Assembly: GCA_965223845.1 (NCBI GenBank)
Contig: CBDCXR010000004.1
Location: 800,001-864,000 of the forward strand
DNA: 64,000 nt
Direction: 5' to 3'
DNA from: Planctomycetota bacterium
Lineage (GTDB): Bacteria > Planctomycetota > UBA8108 > SXIK01
Below, one piece after another: positions 38,001 to 47,130 of this stretch (within the stretch, counting starts at the first letter, position 1; the number at the start of each line of letters is the position of its first letter). Below the pieces are notes generated by a model that saw nothing but the letters and a program-made list of their open reading frames with translations, was not told where the DNA came from and did no database searches. Position numbers and translations under genes: made by a program.

Positions 38001-39639
38001 TCTTCACGGAGCGAACGAGCCGTGGACCGCCTCGGGAGCGATCGTCGAACGCCTTGCTTTGTTTTATCGAGAGAGCGACTCACCGATCGACCGCGCCAAC
38101 GTCGTCAGGATACTTGCCGACGCGAGCGCGAACTCGTGGCGAGTCGAAACTCGCGAACGAGAACAAGCACGCGCCGTCCTCTCGAGCGCCGCGGAAGACG
38201 CGGATCCGCGAGTCCAAGACGCCGCTCTCGTGCTCGCGGCGAAGCTCGGAACGAACGTCTCGATCACGCCCCGCGAAGCTTCCTCGGTCGCGAAGATCGT
38301 CGAGTTGACACCCGAGGCGGACGTCGCGCTCGGAGAGTCGATCTTCTTCGACGCGAACCGGGCGAACTGCGTCGGGTGCCACCGGATCGACGGACGCGGC
38401 GCAGCGTTCGCGCCAGATCTTTCCGACGTCGGGCTCCGGGCCGACCGCGAGACCCTCGCGCGCGCGATCGTCGAACCGAGCGCGGTGATCACCGAAGGCT
38501 TCCGTGCTTACGATGTCGTCACCGACGACGGGACCGCGTACTCGGGTCTCGTCCTCGAGGAGACGAGCTCGACTCTGCGTCTCGTTCTCTCGGACGGCCG
38601 GGACGTCGCGATCGAGAAGGAACGAATCGCCGAGCGGCAGACGACGGAGCGTTCGGCCATGCCGGACAATTTCGGCGTCCTTCTCGCCGACACCGAGCTC
38701 GCTGCACTCGTCGCCTATCTCGAAGAGCGAACGAACCGATCCGCGGGGCGCGAGCAGTCGTCGGTAGCACGGTCAGGGAACCTCGTCAGCTTCGAGCGCG
38801 TACGGGGAGCGCTCCGCATCTTCGTCGGCGGCGCGGAGCTCGCGACCTACGTGTACGAGGACCCAAAGGTCGCGCGACCGTTTCTCGCCAACGTCAAAGT
38901 CTCGGGCGGCGTCGCCGTAACGCGTCCGCATCCGCCGGTCGAAGGCGTCGACGCAAGCGATCATGCCGCGATGCACCCCGGCGTTTGGCTGGCCTTCGGC
39001 GATCTCGCCGGCGCGGACTTTTGGCGCAACCGCGGCCGTGTCGAGCACGTCCGGTTCACGAGCTCGCCGCGCGGCGGCCGAGGTCGAGGGTCGTTCGCGG
39101 TCGAGAACCGTTACGTAGCGAACGGCCGCGAGATTTGCCGGCAAACGTGCCGGTACACGATCGAAGGGCGGCCCGAGGGCGCGCTCATCCGCATCGAGAC
39201 GACGTTCCGAAGCGACACGGCAGAGTTCGATTTCGGCGAACAGGAAGAGATGGGGCTCGGCGTTCGCCTCGCGACCGGGCTCACGGTGAAGACCGGAGGG
39301 CGCATTCTCAACTCGAGCGGCCTCGTGAACGAGAGCAACGTCTGGGGGAAGCAGGCCGATTGGTGCGACTACAGCGGCGTCGTGGGTGCCCGGCGGATCG
39401 GCCTCACGCTCTTCGCGCATCCCGAGAATCCCCACCGACCGTGGTTCCACGCGCGCGACTACGGAGCTCTCGTCGCGAATCCGTTTGGTCGGCGAGCCGG
39501 AGCAAGGGAGCGAACTTCCGTGACGCAGGGGCAGCCGTATCGACTGCGGTTCGGCGTTCTCGTCTACGCGGCGAATGCGGCCGCCCCGATCGACTTCGCG
39601 AAGGTATTCGCGAATTACGTCTCAGGCTCGAAAGACTGA
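35074..39639 (+). CDS. PVC-type heme-binding (dehydrogenase-like propeller/HEAT/CxxCH) protein with C-terminal DUF6807 ('PmoA-family') domain
   Basis: LPPGFSASLFATEPLVRNP, GFRNPWD, HEAT repeats, NCVGCH...APDLS..SAMP; C-terminal DHAAMHPGVWLAFGD, QEEMGLGVR, QADWCDYSG, WFHARDYG. Confidence 0.85.
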   Translation: MHRSRRRTLLAAVSTFCLLLPPVSAFSSPTFDDTDDSEQAPVRILRVSSGRSYTLDRAVLGRVAYVDRRYRLTALPERLGGKILVRTSNEDDQVDAAEHVVLELASPSAVYVAFDERARARADWLAEWADTGWWVGTDDTNFVVYQRVFPAGRVQLGGNARAGTGAASHYLVFVEPGGAAVEGKTQMRQLLANELPATSPREITSPLPALPPGFSASLFATEPLVRNPASLCFDARGRLFVSHGPQFRKPRPDTPGDTISILLDDDGDGVADRTKTFATGFNSVQGMAWKGRDLWVANAPELTIVRDLDGDDEADEYVLVYADLGNLEHGIHGLNWAPDGRLYMSKGNSKGKNEDGRHAPKPFRDLWGADEPEGIPEFPAPQIFKKGEYRKGYHDPSDDWGREGGVLRCEDGGANLEIISRGFRNPWDIAFDDGFDWIGTDNDQNDGDRVFMPFFGAHFGWGHLWSYNWTGEDHAPTVPISAPVFHGSGTGVVFSASPRFPLAYRHVFLINDWGRKVTYVFRPSWHGSLMTEESGELEEFAREQPGGLYRPSDIEVGPDGALYVGGWGSGYGVEWTKLNTEMRNEGRIFKIRYDGIPLATRDEWWTEKRAKPLAEWSTAELIEDLSQEALPVWRVDAQEELVRRGPAGRDDLIRAIEARELTKAQETWAVWALARIDPEDAAIDFILARFYLDGGASINLKVQAIRTLGFRVRARLPRGRLPTLISSALRHADPRVRHAAVDAIWQARQSFLADRLLQVAASDPDRLTRYSAWNAVAEFMDVASRKRRLRDPNPRVRLAILLGLLARVELEADEVAEFANGESDPDVLEWALRWLVQTKPTHWRGKKPALGGLASSRAIVDRIERTSESRVRKRLLELLASLGAGGDEWERVTSLYRESSGDLESRTLLLRALAADRRSFSLLWEALGTESTRLREAAVDGFVRHGRVARDSLLELFARPGASAPLPPGAVSALARLHGANEPWTASGAIVERLALFYRESDSPIDRANVVRILADASANSWRVETREREQARAVLSSAAEDADPRVQDAALVLAAKLGTNVSITPREASSVAKIVELTPEADVALGESIFFDANRANCVGCHRIDGRGAAFAPDLSDVGLRADRETLARAIVEPSAVITEGFRAYDVVTDDGTAYSGLVLEETSSTLRLVLSDGRDVAIEKERIAERQTTERSAMPDNFGVLLADTELAALVAYLEERTNRSAGREQSSVARSGNLVSFERVRGALRIFVGGAELATYVYEDPKVARPFLANVKVSGGVAVTRPHPPVEGVDASDHAAMHPGVWLAFGDLAGADFWRNRGRVEHVRFTSSPRGGRGRGSFAVENRYVANGREICRQTCRYTIEGRPEGALIRIETTFRSDTAEFDFGEQEEMGLGVRLATGLTVKTGGRILNSSGLVNESNVWGKQADWCDYSGVVGARRIGLTLFAHPENPHRPWFHARDYGALVANPFGRRAGARERTSVTQGQPYRLRFGVLVYAANAAAPIDFAKVFANYVSGSKD

Positions 39640-39662
39640 GGTTCCCGCCTGAACAGAGCCGG

Positions 39663-41078
39663 CTAACGCCTACGCCGTATCGCCGCGGCTTCAGCCGCTG
39701 CGTCGAATCTCGGGTTTCGTTTGGACGGCACGGGAGCACCTACCGCTTCGCGCCACGCCTTGAGTCGGCGGTGGAGCTCGTCGCGACGCTTCGGTTCCGC
39801 CTCGGCGAGGTTGTGTCGTTCGCGGACGTCCCGGCGGAGATCATAGAGCTCGAGCCCACCGTCCTCGAAGTACTCGTGGAGCTTGTAGTCCCCGAGTCGG
39901 ATCACGGAGCAGGGCCGCGTGCGGAAGAGCGGATCGCGCTGCTCGTCGATCACGCGGTAGCTCTCGAGGTACGCCGGGAAGTGCCAGAAGAGTGGGCGGT
40001 CGCCGAAGGTCACGAGCTCCTTCTTGAGAAGTGGGACGAGACTTCGACCGTCGAGCCGGCTCGAGTTTCTCTCGACGTTCGCGATCTCGAGGAGTGTCGG
40101 ATAGAGATCGACGCCGATCACTGGTTCATGGCACGTCGATCCGGGCGAGACGACCTCCGGCCAGTGAACGAAGAGCGGAACGCGGATCCCACCTTCGTAG
40201 TACGTCCCCTTGTACCCCCACAGCGGATCCATGTCCGTCGCCGGACCGTAGCCGCCGTTGTCCGAAAAGAAGATGGTGACGGTGTTCTTCACGAGGTTTT
40301 CGTCCGCGAGCGCGCGGACGATGCGTCCGACGCCGTCGTCGACCGCCTGGATCATCGTGGCCATCTCCGTGTGGCGGTGGAGCGTTCCCGGTTTTTTCTT
40401 CCGGTATTTTTCGAGGAGATCGTTCTTCGCCTGGATCGGAGTGTGAACGGCAAAGTGCGAGAGGTAGACGCACCAAGACTTCTCCTTGCTCGACCGGATG
40501 AACTCGATGGTTCGGTCGGTGAGGACGTCCGTCAGGTACGTCCCGTTGGGACCGAGATGACCACGGAATCCCGGCAGCTTCTGGTGGTCCACCGCAACGT
40601 CGAATCCTTGGGCTTTCGGGTCACCGCCCAGATGCCATTTGCCGAACATCCCCGTTCGGTAGCCCGCGTCTTGCAGCCGCTCCGCCCACGTGACGATGTC
40701 CGGCCGGAGATCCGTCGTCCCTGCGATGTGCTCGAGCCGCCGCCACTTCGCTTTTCCTCGTGGTCGCGTGCCGACGTTGAACACACGGTGCCGCGGAGTG
40801 TACTGACCGGAAAGGAGAGACGCCCGGGCCGGCGCGCAGTTGGCCGCACACGAGTAGGCGTCGGTGAAGACCATTCCGTTCTTTGCGAGGGCGTCGAGGT
40901 GCGGCGTCTCGTAGAAGTCGGAACCCATGTAGCTTGTGTCTTTCCAGCCGAAGTCGTCGAGGTAGATGAAGAGAACGTTCGGCGGGTCGGCCGCGACGGC
41001 TGAGCCCGTCGCGAGCGCTGCGGTGACGACGAGGACGACGATAAGCGGGCGCCGCATGAGCGAGTGACTCCGAATCAT
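39663..41078 (-). CDS. Sulfatase (formylglycine-dependent)
   Basis: PNVLFIYLDDFGW, CAPARASLLSGQY, GKWHLG, FSDNGG, KGTYYEGGIRVP. Confidence 0.92.
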   Translation of the reverse strand: MIRSHSLMRRPLIVVLVVTAALATGSAVAADPPNVLFIYLDDFGWKDTSYMGSDFYETPHLDALAKNGMVFTDAYSCAANCAPARASLLSGQYTPRHRVFNVGTRPRGKAKWRRLEHIAGTTDLRPDIVTWAERLQDAGYRTGMFGKWHLGGDPKAQGFDVAVDHQKLPGFRGHLGPNGTYLTDVLTDRTIEFIRSSKEKSWCVYLSHFAVHTPIQAKNDLLEKYRKKKPGTLHRHTEMATMIQAVDDGVGRIVRALADENLVKNTVTIFFSDNGGYGPATDMDPLWGYKGTYYEGGIRVPLFVHWPEVVSPGSTCHEPVIGVDLYPTLLEIANVERNSSRLDGRSLVPLLKKELVTFGDRPLFWHFPAYLESYRVIDEQRDPLFRTRPCSVIRLGDYKLHEYFEDGGLELYDLRRDVRERHNLAEAEPKRRDELHRRLKAWREAVGAPVPSKRNPRFDAAAEAAAIRRRR

Positions 41079-41153
41079 GACTTGGATGTGCCTGCGCTGG
41101 ATGTATCGTCAGAGTACCGCACCGCAGTCGGATGGCACAGCACGGTTCGATGC

Positions 41154-42863
41154 TCAGCGGCGTCGAATGCGGTGGAGATCTTCGCGCGCCGACCGGAGGT
41201 GAGGGTCGTTCGGACGCGCGGCTTCCCAGCGATCGAGAACGGTCTCGGCGGCGGCGAAGTCTCCCGCTTCGGCGTGAAGTCGAGCGAGATCGCGGTACGC
41301 GTAGTTGTTGCGCGGCTCGGCTTCGATCGCACCCTCGAGGATGCGGCGAGCCGCCTCGGCGTCGCCCGATCTTCGGTGCAGCTCCGCGGCGAGGAGGCGG
41401 TCCTTGTAGAGCGGCGAGTGAGTCAGCGCATCGCGTAGCCACCGCAGACCGCCGGTCGTTCTACCGGTCGAGCAGAGTAGCTTCCCGAGCCGAACGCGAA
41501 GCTTCGATTTTTTCTCGGGACGGACGTTCGGCTCGTCGATCGCGGCGAGGTATTCGCGCTCGAGGAATTCTGTGTACGCCGCGGCGTCGGCGCTTCGACC
41601 CGGCGGAGGACGTTGGGCGACTCGAATCCAGTGACTCCGAAACTCGAGACCCGCGAGGGCACGTCGTTCGACCGGCATGTGGCAGTTCACGCAGCCCGAA
41701 TCCGCGCTGCGGGCGACATCTTCGTGCGCGGTCTCGACGTCCGTATGACAACGCTGACAACTCCGGTCAGGGTCGATCGAAGTTTCGCCGACGTTTCGGT
41801 GCGGATCGTGACAGTCGAGGCAGGAGATGGTCCGCTCCGGTGGGGACTTCCGGAAGCACGCGCTCAGCATCAAGCTCGCTCCGGCGTGACGCGCGAGTGT
41901 GGGGCGAGCCTCCATGACGCGCTCGGGTTCCATGTCCGCCGGACGGCGATGGCAGCCGGCGCAGAATCGCGTCGAGTCGGCCGGCGTGAGATGACCGGGA
42001 TTGAAGATTCCCCAATCGGCAGCGCCGCCCGCCACGGCGGCGAGGTGAACGCTCCCCGGGCCGTGACAGCGTTCGCATTCGACGCCGAATGCCGACGAAG
42101 CCGGGTCGAAACGATCACCGCTGACGGTGAGTACGGTCGAGTGGCACTCCAAACAGTCGCGAGAAAACTCCGGCGAGCGCGCGTAGCCGAGCGGGTGGGG
42201 GTCGCCGCCCGAGCCGGGCGTCATGATCCACTCCCCTCGCTCCGTGAGATGCGTGAGTCGCAGCTCGCGAATGCTGGGGCCCGGTTCGAAGCTCACGGGC
42301 GTGACGGCGCGAGTTCCCGATCCGAGAACGACCGCGACGTCTGCTCGTCGCGCGGGCGACGGGCCGGGCGTGGATTCGAACACGACTCGGTCGCCCTCGA
42401 GGAGGATCCTCGGCGGAGGGCCTTCGCTCTTCGGCCACCGGACCGGATCTGCGAGTTGCGCGCCGTTCGGTTCTACCGAGCGAAACCAGCCGTCACGATG
42501 CGAAGCGGAGAGGCGCCGAGCACTTTGTGCCATGTGATTGTGCGCGCTGAGTTCCACGTGCTCGGAGTGGCAGGCACGGCATGCTTCGGCGCCGACGTAC
42601 GTCGCGCCGCTTCGTGTCCGAGCGTCGTCCGCACCGAATCCGACGACGGGGGAGTTCGGAGGAACGGCATTCGAAACTCCCGCGGGAATCGCCGGAGGGC
42701 CTCCCCGATAGCACCCGGCGAGCGTCACCGCGATCAAGATGAGCCCGCCGGGCACGGCGAAGGACGCGGGTGAGTGCGGCTCGGTGCGCCGTCGAAGCGT
42801 CGCGAAGCCGATCTCGACCACGTAGGAGAATCTCGCGCGAGTCGGGAAGCGTCGATCGACCAT
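41154..42863 (-). CDS. Multiheme (7 CxxCH) c-type cytochrome with C-terminal TPRs
   Basis: CRACH, CLECH, CERCHGPG, CAGCH, CLDCHDPH, CQRCH, CVNCHMP; possible LAGC lipobox; start uncertain (frame open to 42971). Confidence 0.85.
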   Translation of the reverse strand: MVDRRFPTRARFSYVVEIGFATLRRRTEPHSPASFAVPGGLILIAVTLAGCYRGGPPAIPAGVSNAVPPNSPVVGFGADDARTRSGATYVGAEACRACHSEHVELSAHNHMAQSARRLSASHRDGWFRSVEPNGAQLADPVRWPKSEGPPPRILLEGDRVVFESTPGPSPARRADVAVVLGSGTRAVTPVSFEPGPSIRELRLTHLTERGEWIMTPGSGGDPHPLGYARSPEFSRDCLECHSTVLTVSGDRFDPASSAFGVECERCHGPGSVHLAAVAGGAADWGIFNPGHLTPADSTRFCAGCHRRPADMEPERVMEARPTLARHAGASLMLSACFRKSPPERTISCLDCHDPHRNVGETSIDPDRSCQRCHTDVETAHEDVARSADSGCVNCHMPVERRALAGLEFRSHWIRVAQRPPPGRSADAAAYTEFLEREYLAAIDEPNVRPEKKSKLRVRLGKLLCSTGRTTGGLRWLRDALTHSPLYKDRLLAAELHRRSGDAEAARRILEGAIEAEPRNNYAYRDLARLHAEAGDFAAAETVLDRWEAARPNDPHLRSAREDLHRIRRR

Positions 42864-43032
42864 CACACCGGCCATCCTCCCGCGACTGGCGCCGAACGCA
42901 ATCGAGAAACGATCCCGTCGCCGTCGAACGCCAAGACCGACCGCGCGGATTCGCGTAGAATCGAGATTCACTGCGGCCAGGACCCGACGCCCCGACGGGC
43001 GGCGGATCCACTTCGAGGGTATAGAGAGCGCG

Positions 43033-45408
43033 ATGAAACGACCCGAGGAGAACGGTTCGATTCCGAACCCGTCCGATTCTCCTCGGGTGAGGGCGCGAAA
43101 TTTACCGCGCTGGAAGAAGATCGTCTTTTCCCTCGTCGTCGTCGGTTCGGTTCTGTTCCTGATGGAGGCCGCTCTGTGGATCGCCGGAGTGCGTCCGATC
43201 GCGTACGACGAAGATCCCTACGTCGGCTTCGCATCGTATCTGCCGCTCTTCGTCGAGGACGTCCGTGGTGGCGAGACGACGCTCTCGACGGCGCCGGGAA
43301 AGATCGCGCTCTTCAATCCGCAGGCCTTCACACGCGAGAAGCCTTCGGACACCTTCCGCATCTTCTGCGTCGGCGGGTCGACGACGTACGGACGACCCTA
43401 CACCGACGCGACGTCGTTCGCCGGTTGGCTGCGCCGAATGCTTCCGCTGGCCGACTCGTCGCGCAACTGGGAAGTGATCAACGCCGGTGGCATCAGCTAC
43501 GCGAGCTATCGCGTCGCGCGCCTGATGGATGAGCTCGTAGGCTACGATCCAGACCTGTTCATCGTCTACACCGGTCACAACGAGTTTCTCGAGAAGCGAA
43601 CGTACGCCGACCTCGGAGAGACGTCGGAGCTCTTCCTCGCGATCGCGGGGTTCTTTAGTCACACGCGAATCTACTCTCTCGCTCGTCGTGCGCTGCGCGG
43701 ACCACCGGAATCGCGGGCCGCGGTCGACTCGCGCCCGGTTCTTGCCGAGGAGGTGGACGCGATCCTCGATGAAACGGTCGGTCCGTCGACGTACACGCGG
43801 AACGACGCTCTTCGCGACGTAGTTCTCCAGCACTTTCGCTTCAATCTCGTTCGCATCGTCGAGCTCGCCCGATCGGCGGGCGCCAGCGTTCTGTTCGTCA
43901 CACCCGTTTCGAACCTCGAAGACTGTACGCCGTTCAAGAGCTCCTACTCGGACACTTTGCCAGAGGAGACGCGACTCGAGTGCGAGCGACTGATCTCTCG
44001 CGCCGCCGCGACCGGAGCACGGGACGCGATCGAGCTTCTCGATCGGGTCCTCGCGCTGGATCCCCGACACGCCGGCGCACAGTTTCGACGCGCGAGGGCC
44101 CTCGCCGAGCTCGGGCGGGAAGCAGACGCCGAATCCGGTTACCGCCGGGCACGCGACGAAGATGTCTGTTCTCTTCGGGCCCTTTCGAGCATCGTCGATT
44201 CCGTACGCTCCGTGGCGGCGGAGCGGGGCGTCGCGCTCGTCGACTTCGAAGCGATCGTCGCGCGAGACCCGGCGCTTCGCTTCGACCGGGAACTTTTCCT
44301 CGACCACGTACACTTGACCGTCGACGCGCACGGACGCCTAGCCGAGGAGATCGTGAGGGAGCTCGCGCGAGACGAGATCGTTCGACCGGAAGAGGGCTGG
44401 GAGGAGGCAGCGGTCGCCACTGTCGAGCGTGAGATCGAACAGAACATCGACAGAGCGGAGCACGCCGAAGCACTGAAGAACGTCGCCAAGGTCTTCGCGT
44501 GGGCCGGCAAGTTCGACGATGCGTCTCGCATCGCTCAACGCGCCGTCGGTCTCGACGCGGAAGATGCGGAGACCCACTTCGTGCTCGGAGTCACGGCGGA
44601 GAGAGCCGGCGCGCTCGATCGGGCGCAGTCGAGCTACGAGCGGGCCGTTGAGATCGATCCCGAGTACGCGGAGGCGCACAAGAATCTCGGCCGAGTCGCG
44701 GGAATCGCCGGGCGCTGGGGCGACGCCCGCGCCGCCTACGAGCGTGCGCTTTCCTTGCGCGCCGAGTACGTCGACGCGCTCGAAGGATTGGCTCATGCGC
44801 TCGACCGTCTCGGAGCCGGGGACGAGGCGCTGGCGAAGCTGCGTGAGGCGCTTCGAATCGATCCGGGACGGAGCGACGTGCACGCACGGCTCGGACTTCT
44901 CCTGCGAAAGCGAGGTGAGCTTCCAGCCGCGGAACATCATCTTCGTGAAGCGGCGCGCATCTCACCGGACGATGCCCGAGCGCACTCCAATCTCGCGATC
45001 GTGCTCGACGAGCGCGGCAACGCATCGAAAGCCCGCGAGCACTACCAGGCGGCGCTCCGCCTTCGGCCTGACTACGTCGTCGCCCTCGATAACTACGCCA
45101 ATCTATTCGCACGTGAAGGAAACTTGTCCGGGGCTATCGATCAGTTCGCCGCGGCATTGCGCTACGATCCGGAGCACGCGGGAATTCGGCAGAAGCTCGA
45201 CGTGATCGCGTCGCGGCTGCGACGGGTCCTCGCCGTGAAGCCGGCGGACGCGGAAGCGAGCTTCTATCTCGGCCTCGCCGAGCGTGCGCTCGGAGACGAT
45301 GCCGGCGGGCTCGAGCGGCTACGGCAGGCGGAGGAACTCGCGCGAGCGGCGGGTGACGCTCGACTCGCGAACGAGATCGCCGCGCGGGTGCGGAGTACGA
45401 CCCGGTGA
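43033..45408 (+). CDS. SGNH/GDSL hydrolase-like protein with C-terminal TPR array
   Basis: N-terminal TM; RIFCVGGSTTYG, EVINAGGISYAS, YTGHNEF, FLDHVH; many TPRs. Confidence 0.85.
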   Translation: MKRPEENGSIPNPSDSPRVRARNLPRWKKIVFSLVVVGSVLFLMEAALWIAGVRPIAYDEDPYVGFASYLPLFVEDVRGGETTLSTAPGKIALFNPQAFTREKPSDTFRIFCVGGSTTYGRPYTDATSFAGWLRRMLPLADSSRNWEVINAGGISYASYRVARLMDELVGYDPDLFIVYTGHNEFLEKRTYADLGETSELFLAIAGFFSHTRIYSLARRALRGPPESRAAVDSRPVLAEEVDAILDETVGPSTYTRNDALRDVVLQHFRFNLVRIVELARSAGASVLFVTPVSNLEDCTPFKSSYSDTLPEETRLECERLISRAAATGARDAIELLDRVLALDPRHAGAQFRRARALAELGREADAESGYRRARDEDVCSLRALSSIVDSVRSVAAERGVALVDFEAIVARDPALRFDRELFLDHVHLTVDAHGRLAEEIVRELARDEIVRPEEGWEEAAVATVEREIEQNIDRAEHAEALKNVAKVFAWAGKFDDASRIAQRAVGLDAEDAETHFVLGVTAERAGALDRAQSSYERAVEIDPEYAEAHKNLGRVAGIAGRWGDARAAYERALSLRAEYVDALEGLAHALDRLGAGDEALAKLREALRIDPGRSDVHARLGLLLRKRGELPAAEHHLREAARISPDDARAHSNLAIVLDERGNASKAREHYQAALRLRPDYVVALDNYANLFAREGNLSGAIDQFAAALRYDPEHAGIRQKLDVIASRLRRVLAVKPADAEASFYLGLAERALGDDAGGLERLRQAEELARAAGDARLANEIAARVRSTTR

Positions 45409-47120
45409 GATCGCCCGCCCTTCGCGCAGTTCTCTCCGTACGACGACCGGCTCTCGCCGTCGCGGCGGTGCTCTCGATCGTCGCGTGCGGCGACTCGGGT
45501 GCACGTCGCCCGGAGGTGTCGCCGAGCTTTGCCGCCGAGCTCGAACCCGCCGTTCGCCGGCAGTTCGAAGAGACGCTCGAGCGAGCGCAAACGCATCCGG
45601 ACGACGGCGACGCCCTCGGATCCATCGCGCAGTGGTTCGACGCCTACGGCTATCCGGAGCGAGCGGCGCTCTGGTATCGACGGGCACGGGAGATCGCTCC
45701 GGAGGATCCGAGGTGGCCCCGGCACCGCGCGCGGCTCGCGGCCGCCGCCGGCGATACCGCCGAAGCGATCGCTCATGCCCGCGCCGCGACGGAGCTCGAA
45801 TGGGATGCTTGGACGTCCCTCCTCCTCGTGCGACTCCTTCGCGAGACGAGAAACCTCATCGAAGCGGAGCGCGAAGCTAGGCGAATCCTCTCGGCTGCTC
45901 CCGATGACCCGGGTGCGCTCAGCGAGCTCGCCCGGATCGCGATCGAGAGGGGTGAACTCGACGCGGCGCAGGCCCTGGCCGAACGCGCGCGAGCGGCCGC
46001 ACCCGACGGCGCGGCGAGCCTCCACCTGCTCGTCGCGATCGCGACTCGCCGCGGCGACAAAGCTACGGCGCGTCGGTACTCAGCCGAGCTCGCAAAGCTC
46101 TCGAGTCGACCGGCGCCCGACCCGATCGAGCTCGCGCTGTCCGAGCTTCGGCTCGACACCGAGTCGCTGCTTCGCCGCGCCGCGGCTCGATTCAAAGCCG
46201 GTGAGTTCACCGCGGCCCTCGCGCTCTACGAGCGCTGCGAATCGAGTCGAGACGATCTCACGATGCTCGACTACAACATCGGCTTCTGCCTCCAGCGGCT
46301 CGGACGGACGAACGACGCGCGCGCTCGGTATCGACGGTTTTTGAGCCATCGCCCCGAGAGCGTCGACGGCTGGAACCATCTCGGACTCTGCGATCTCGAA
46401 ACGGGAGATCTCGCCGCGGCCGGGGCGGCGTTTGATCGCGCGCTGGCGCTCGATCCAAATCGTCCGAGCACGCTTCGGAATCGCGCCGGCGTAGCGATCC
46501 GTCAGCGCGATTTCGCTCGTGCGTCTGAATTGCTCTCGCGCGCGATGGCCCAGGGCGGAGGCACAGCAGACGAGCGTGTCGAACTCGCTGCGCTTCTCCA
46601 TGGTCAGGGGGATTTCGACCGAGCGCTCGCACAGCTCGCGGCGGCACTCGCTGCACATCCGGGCCACACCGCGGCGCGCGAGGCCGTCGCCCGGGGCGCG
46701 GGACGCGTCGACCTCGCGACGGACGATCGTGGACTAGCCGCGTTTCTCGCGCGGCGGGAGTTTCACGCCGCAGCGATTTCGCTACTCCGGCAGAGCGTCG
46801 AACGCGGGGAGTGGAAGAGCGCGGTGGCGCTCGCTTGGCTGCTCGCGACTTGTCCCGAAGTCTCTCTTCGTTCACCCCTCGAGGCGATTGCGATCGTCGA
46901 ACCGCTCTGCCGCGGCCCGGCCGCTTCCGATCCCGTCGCGCTCGACACGCTCGCGGCTGCGTACGGCGCCGCAAAGCGCTGGTCGGACGCCGTGGAAACC
47001 GCCGAGCGGGCGGTCGAGCTCGCTCGCTCACGCGCCGCGTCAGCGTCGTCCGCGGTCCGCGTGGAAGCGATGGAAGCCCGTCTGAGCATGTACCGTAAGC
47101 AGATCCGGGAGGCCGAGTGA
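45405..47120 (+). CDS. TPR-repeat lipoprotein
   Basis: IVACG lipobox; TPR-like helices; LAWLLATCP...LDTLAAAY motif; GTGA overlap with the upstream gene. Confidence 0.8.
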   Translation: MRSPALRAVLSVRRPALAVAAVLSIVACGDSGARRPEVSPSFAAELEPAVRRQFEETLERAQTHPDDGDALGSIAQWFDAYGYPERAALWYRRAREIAPEDPRWPRHRARLAAAAGDTAEAIAHARAATELEWDAWTSLLLVRLLRETRNLIEAEREARRILSAAPDDPGALSELARIAIERGELDAAQALAERARAAAPDGAASLHLLVAIATRRGDKATARRYSAELAKLSSRPAPDPIELALSELRLDTESLLRRAAARFKAGEFTAALALYERCESSRDDLTMLDYNIGFCLQRLGRTNDARARYRRFLSHRPESVDGWNHLGLCDLETGDLAAAGAAFDRALALDPNRPSTLRNRAGVAIRQRDFARASELLSRAMAQGGGTADERVELAALLHGQGDFDRALAQLAAALAAHPGHTAAREAVARGAGRVDLATDDRGLAAFLARREFHAAAISLLRQSVERGEWKSAVALAWLLATCPEVSLRSPLEAIAIVEPLCRGPAASDPVALDTLAAAYGAAKRWSDAVETAERAVELARSRAASASSAVRVEAMEARLSMYRKQIREAE

Positions 47121-47130
47121 CGGAACGGGG

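Noticed and set aside
38790-39639. Methane monooxygenase (from the 'PmoA' family label)
   Set aside because: A soluble beta-rich domain with no TM helices and no pmoCAB context.
38022-41003. Long alternative-frame ORFs (e.g. 993 aa at 38022, 838 aa at 35083, 669 aa at 22302, 660 aa at 46258)
   Set aside because: Arg/Ser-rich shadow ORFs overlapping well-supported genes, as expected in high-GC DNA.
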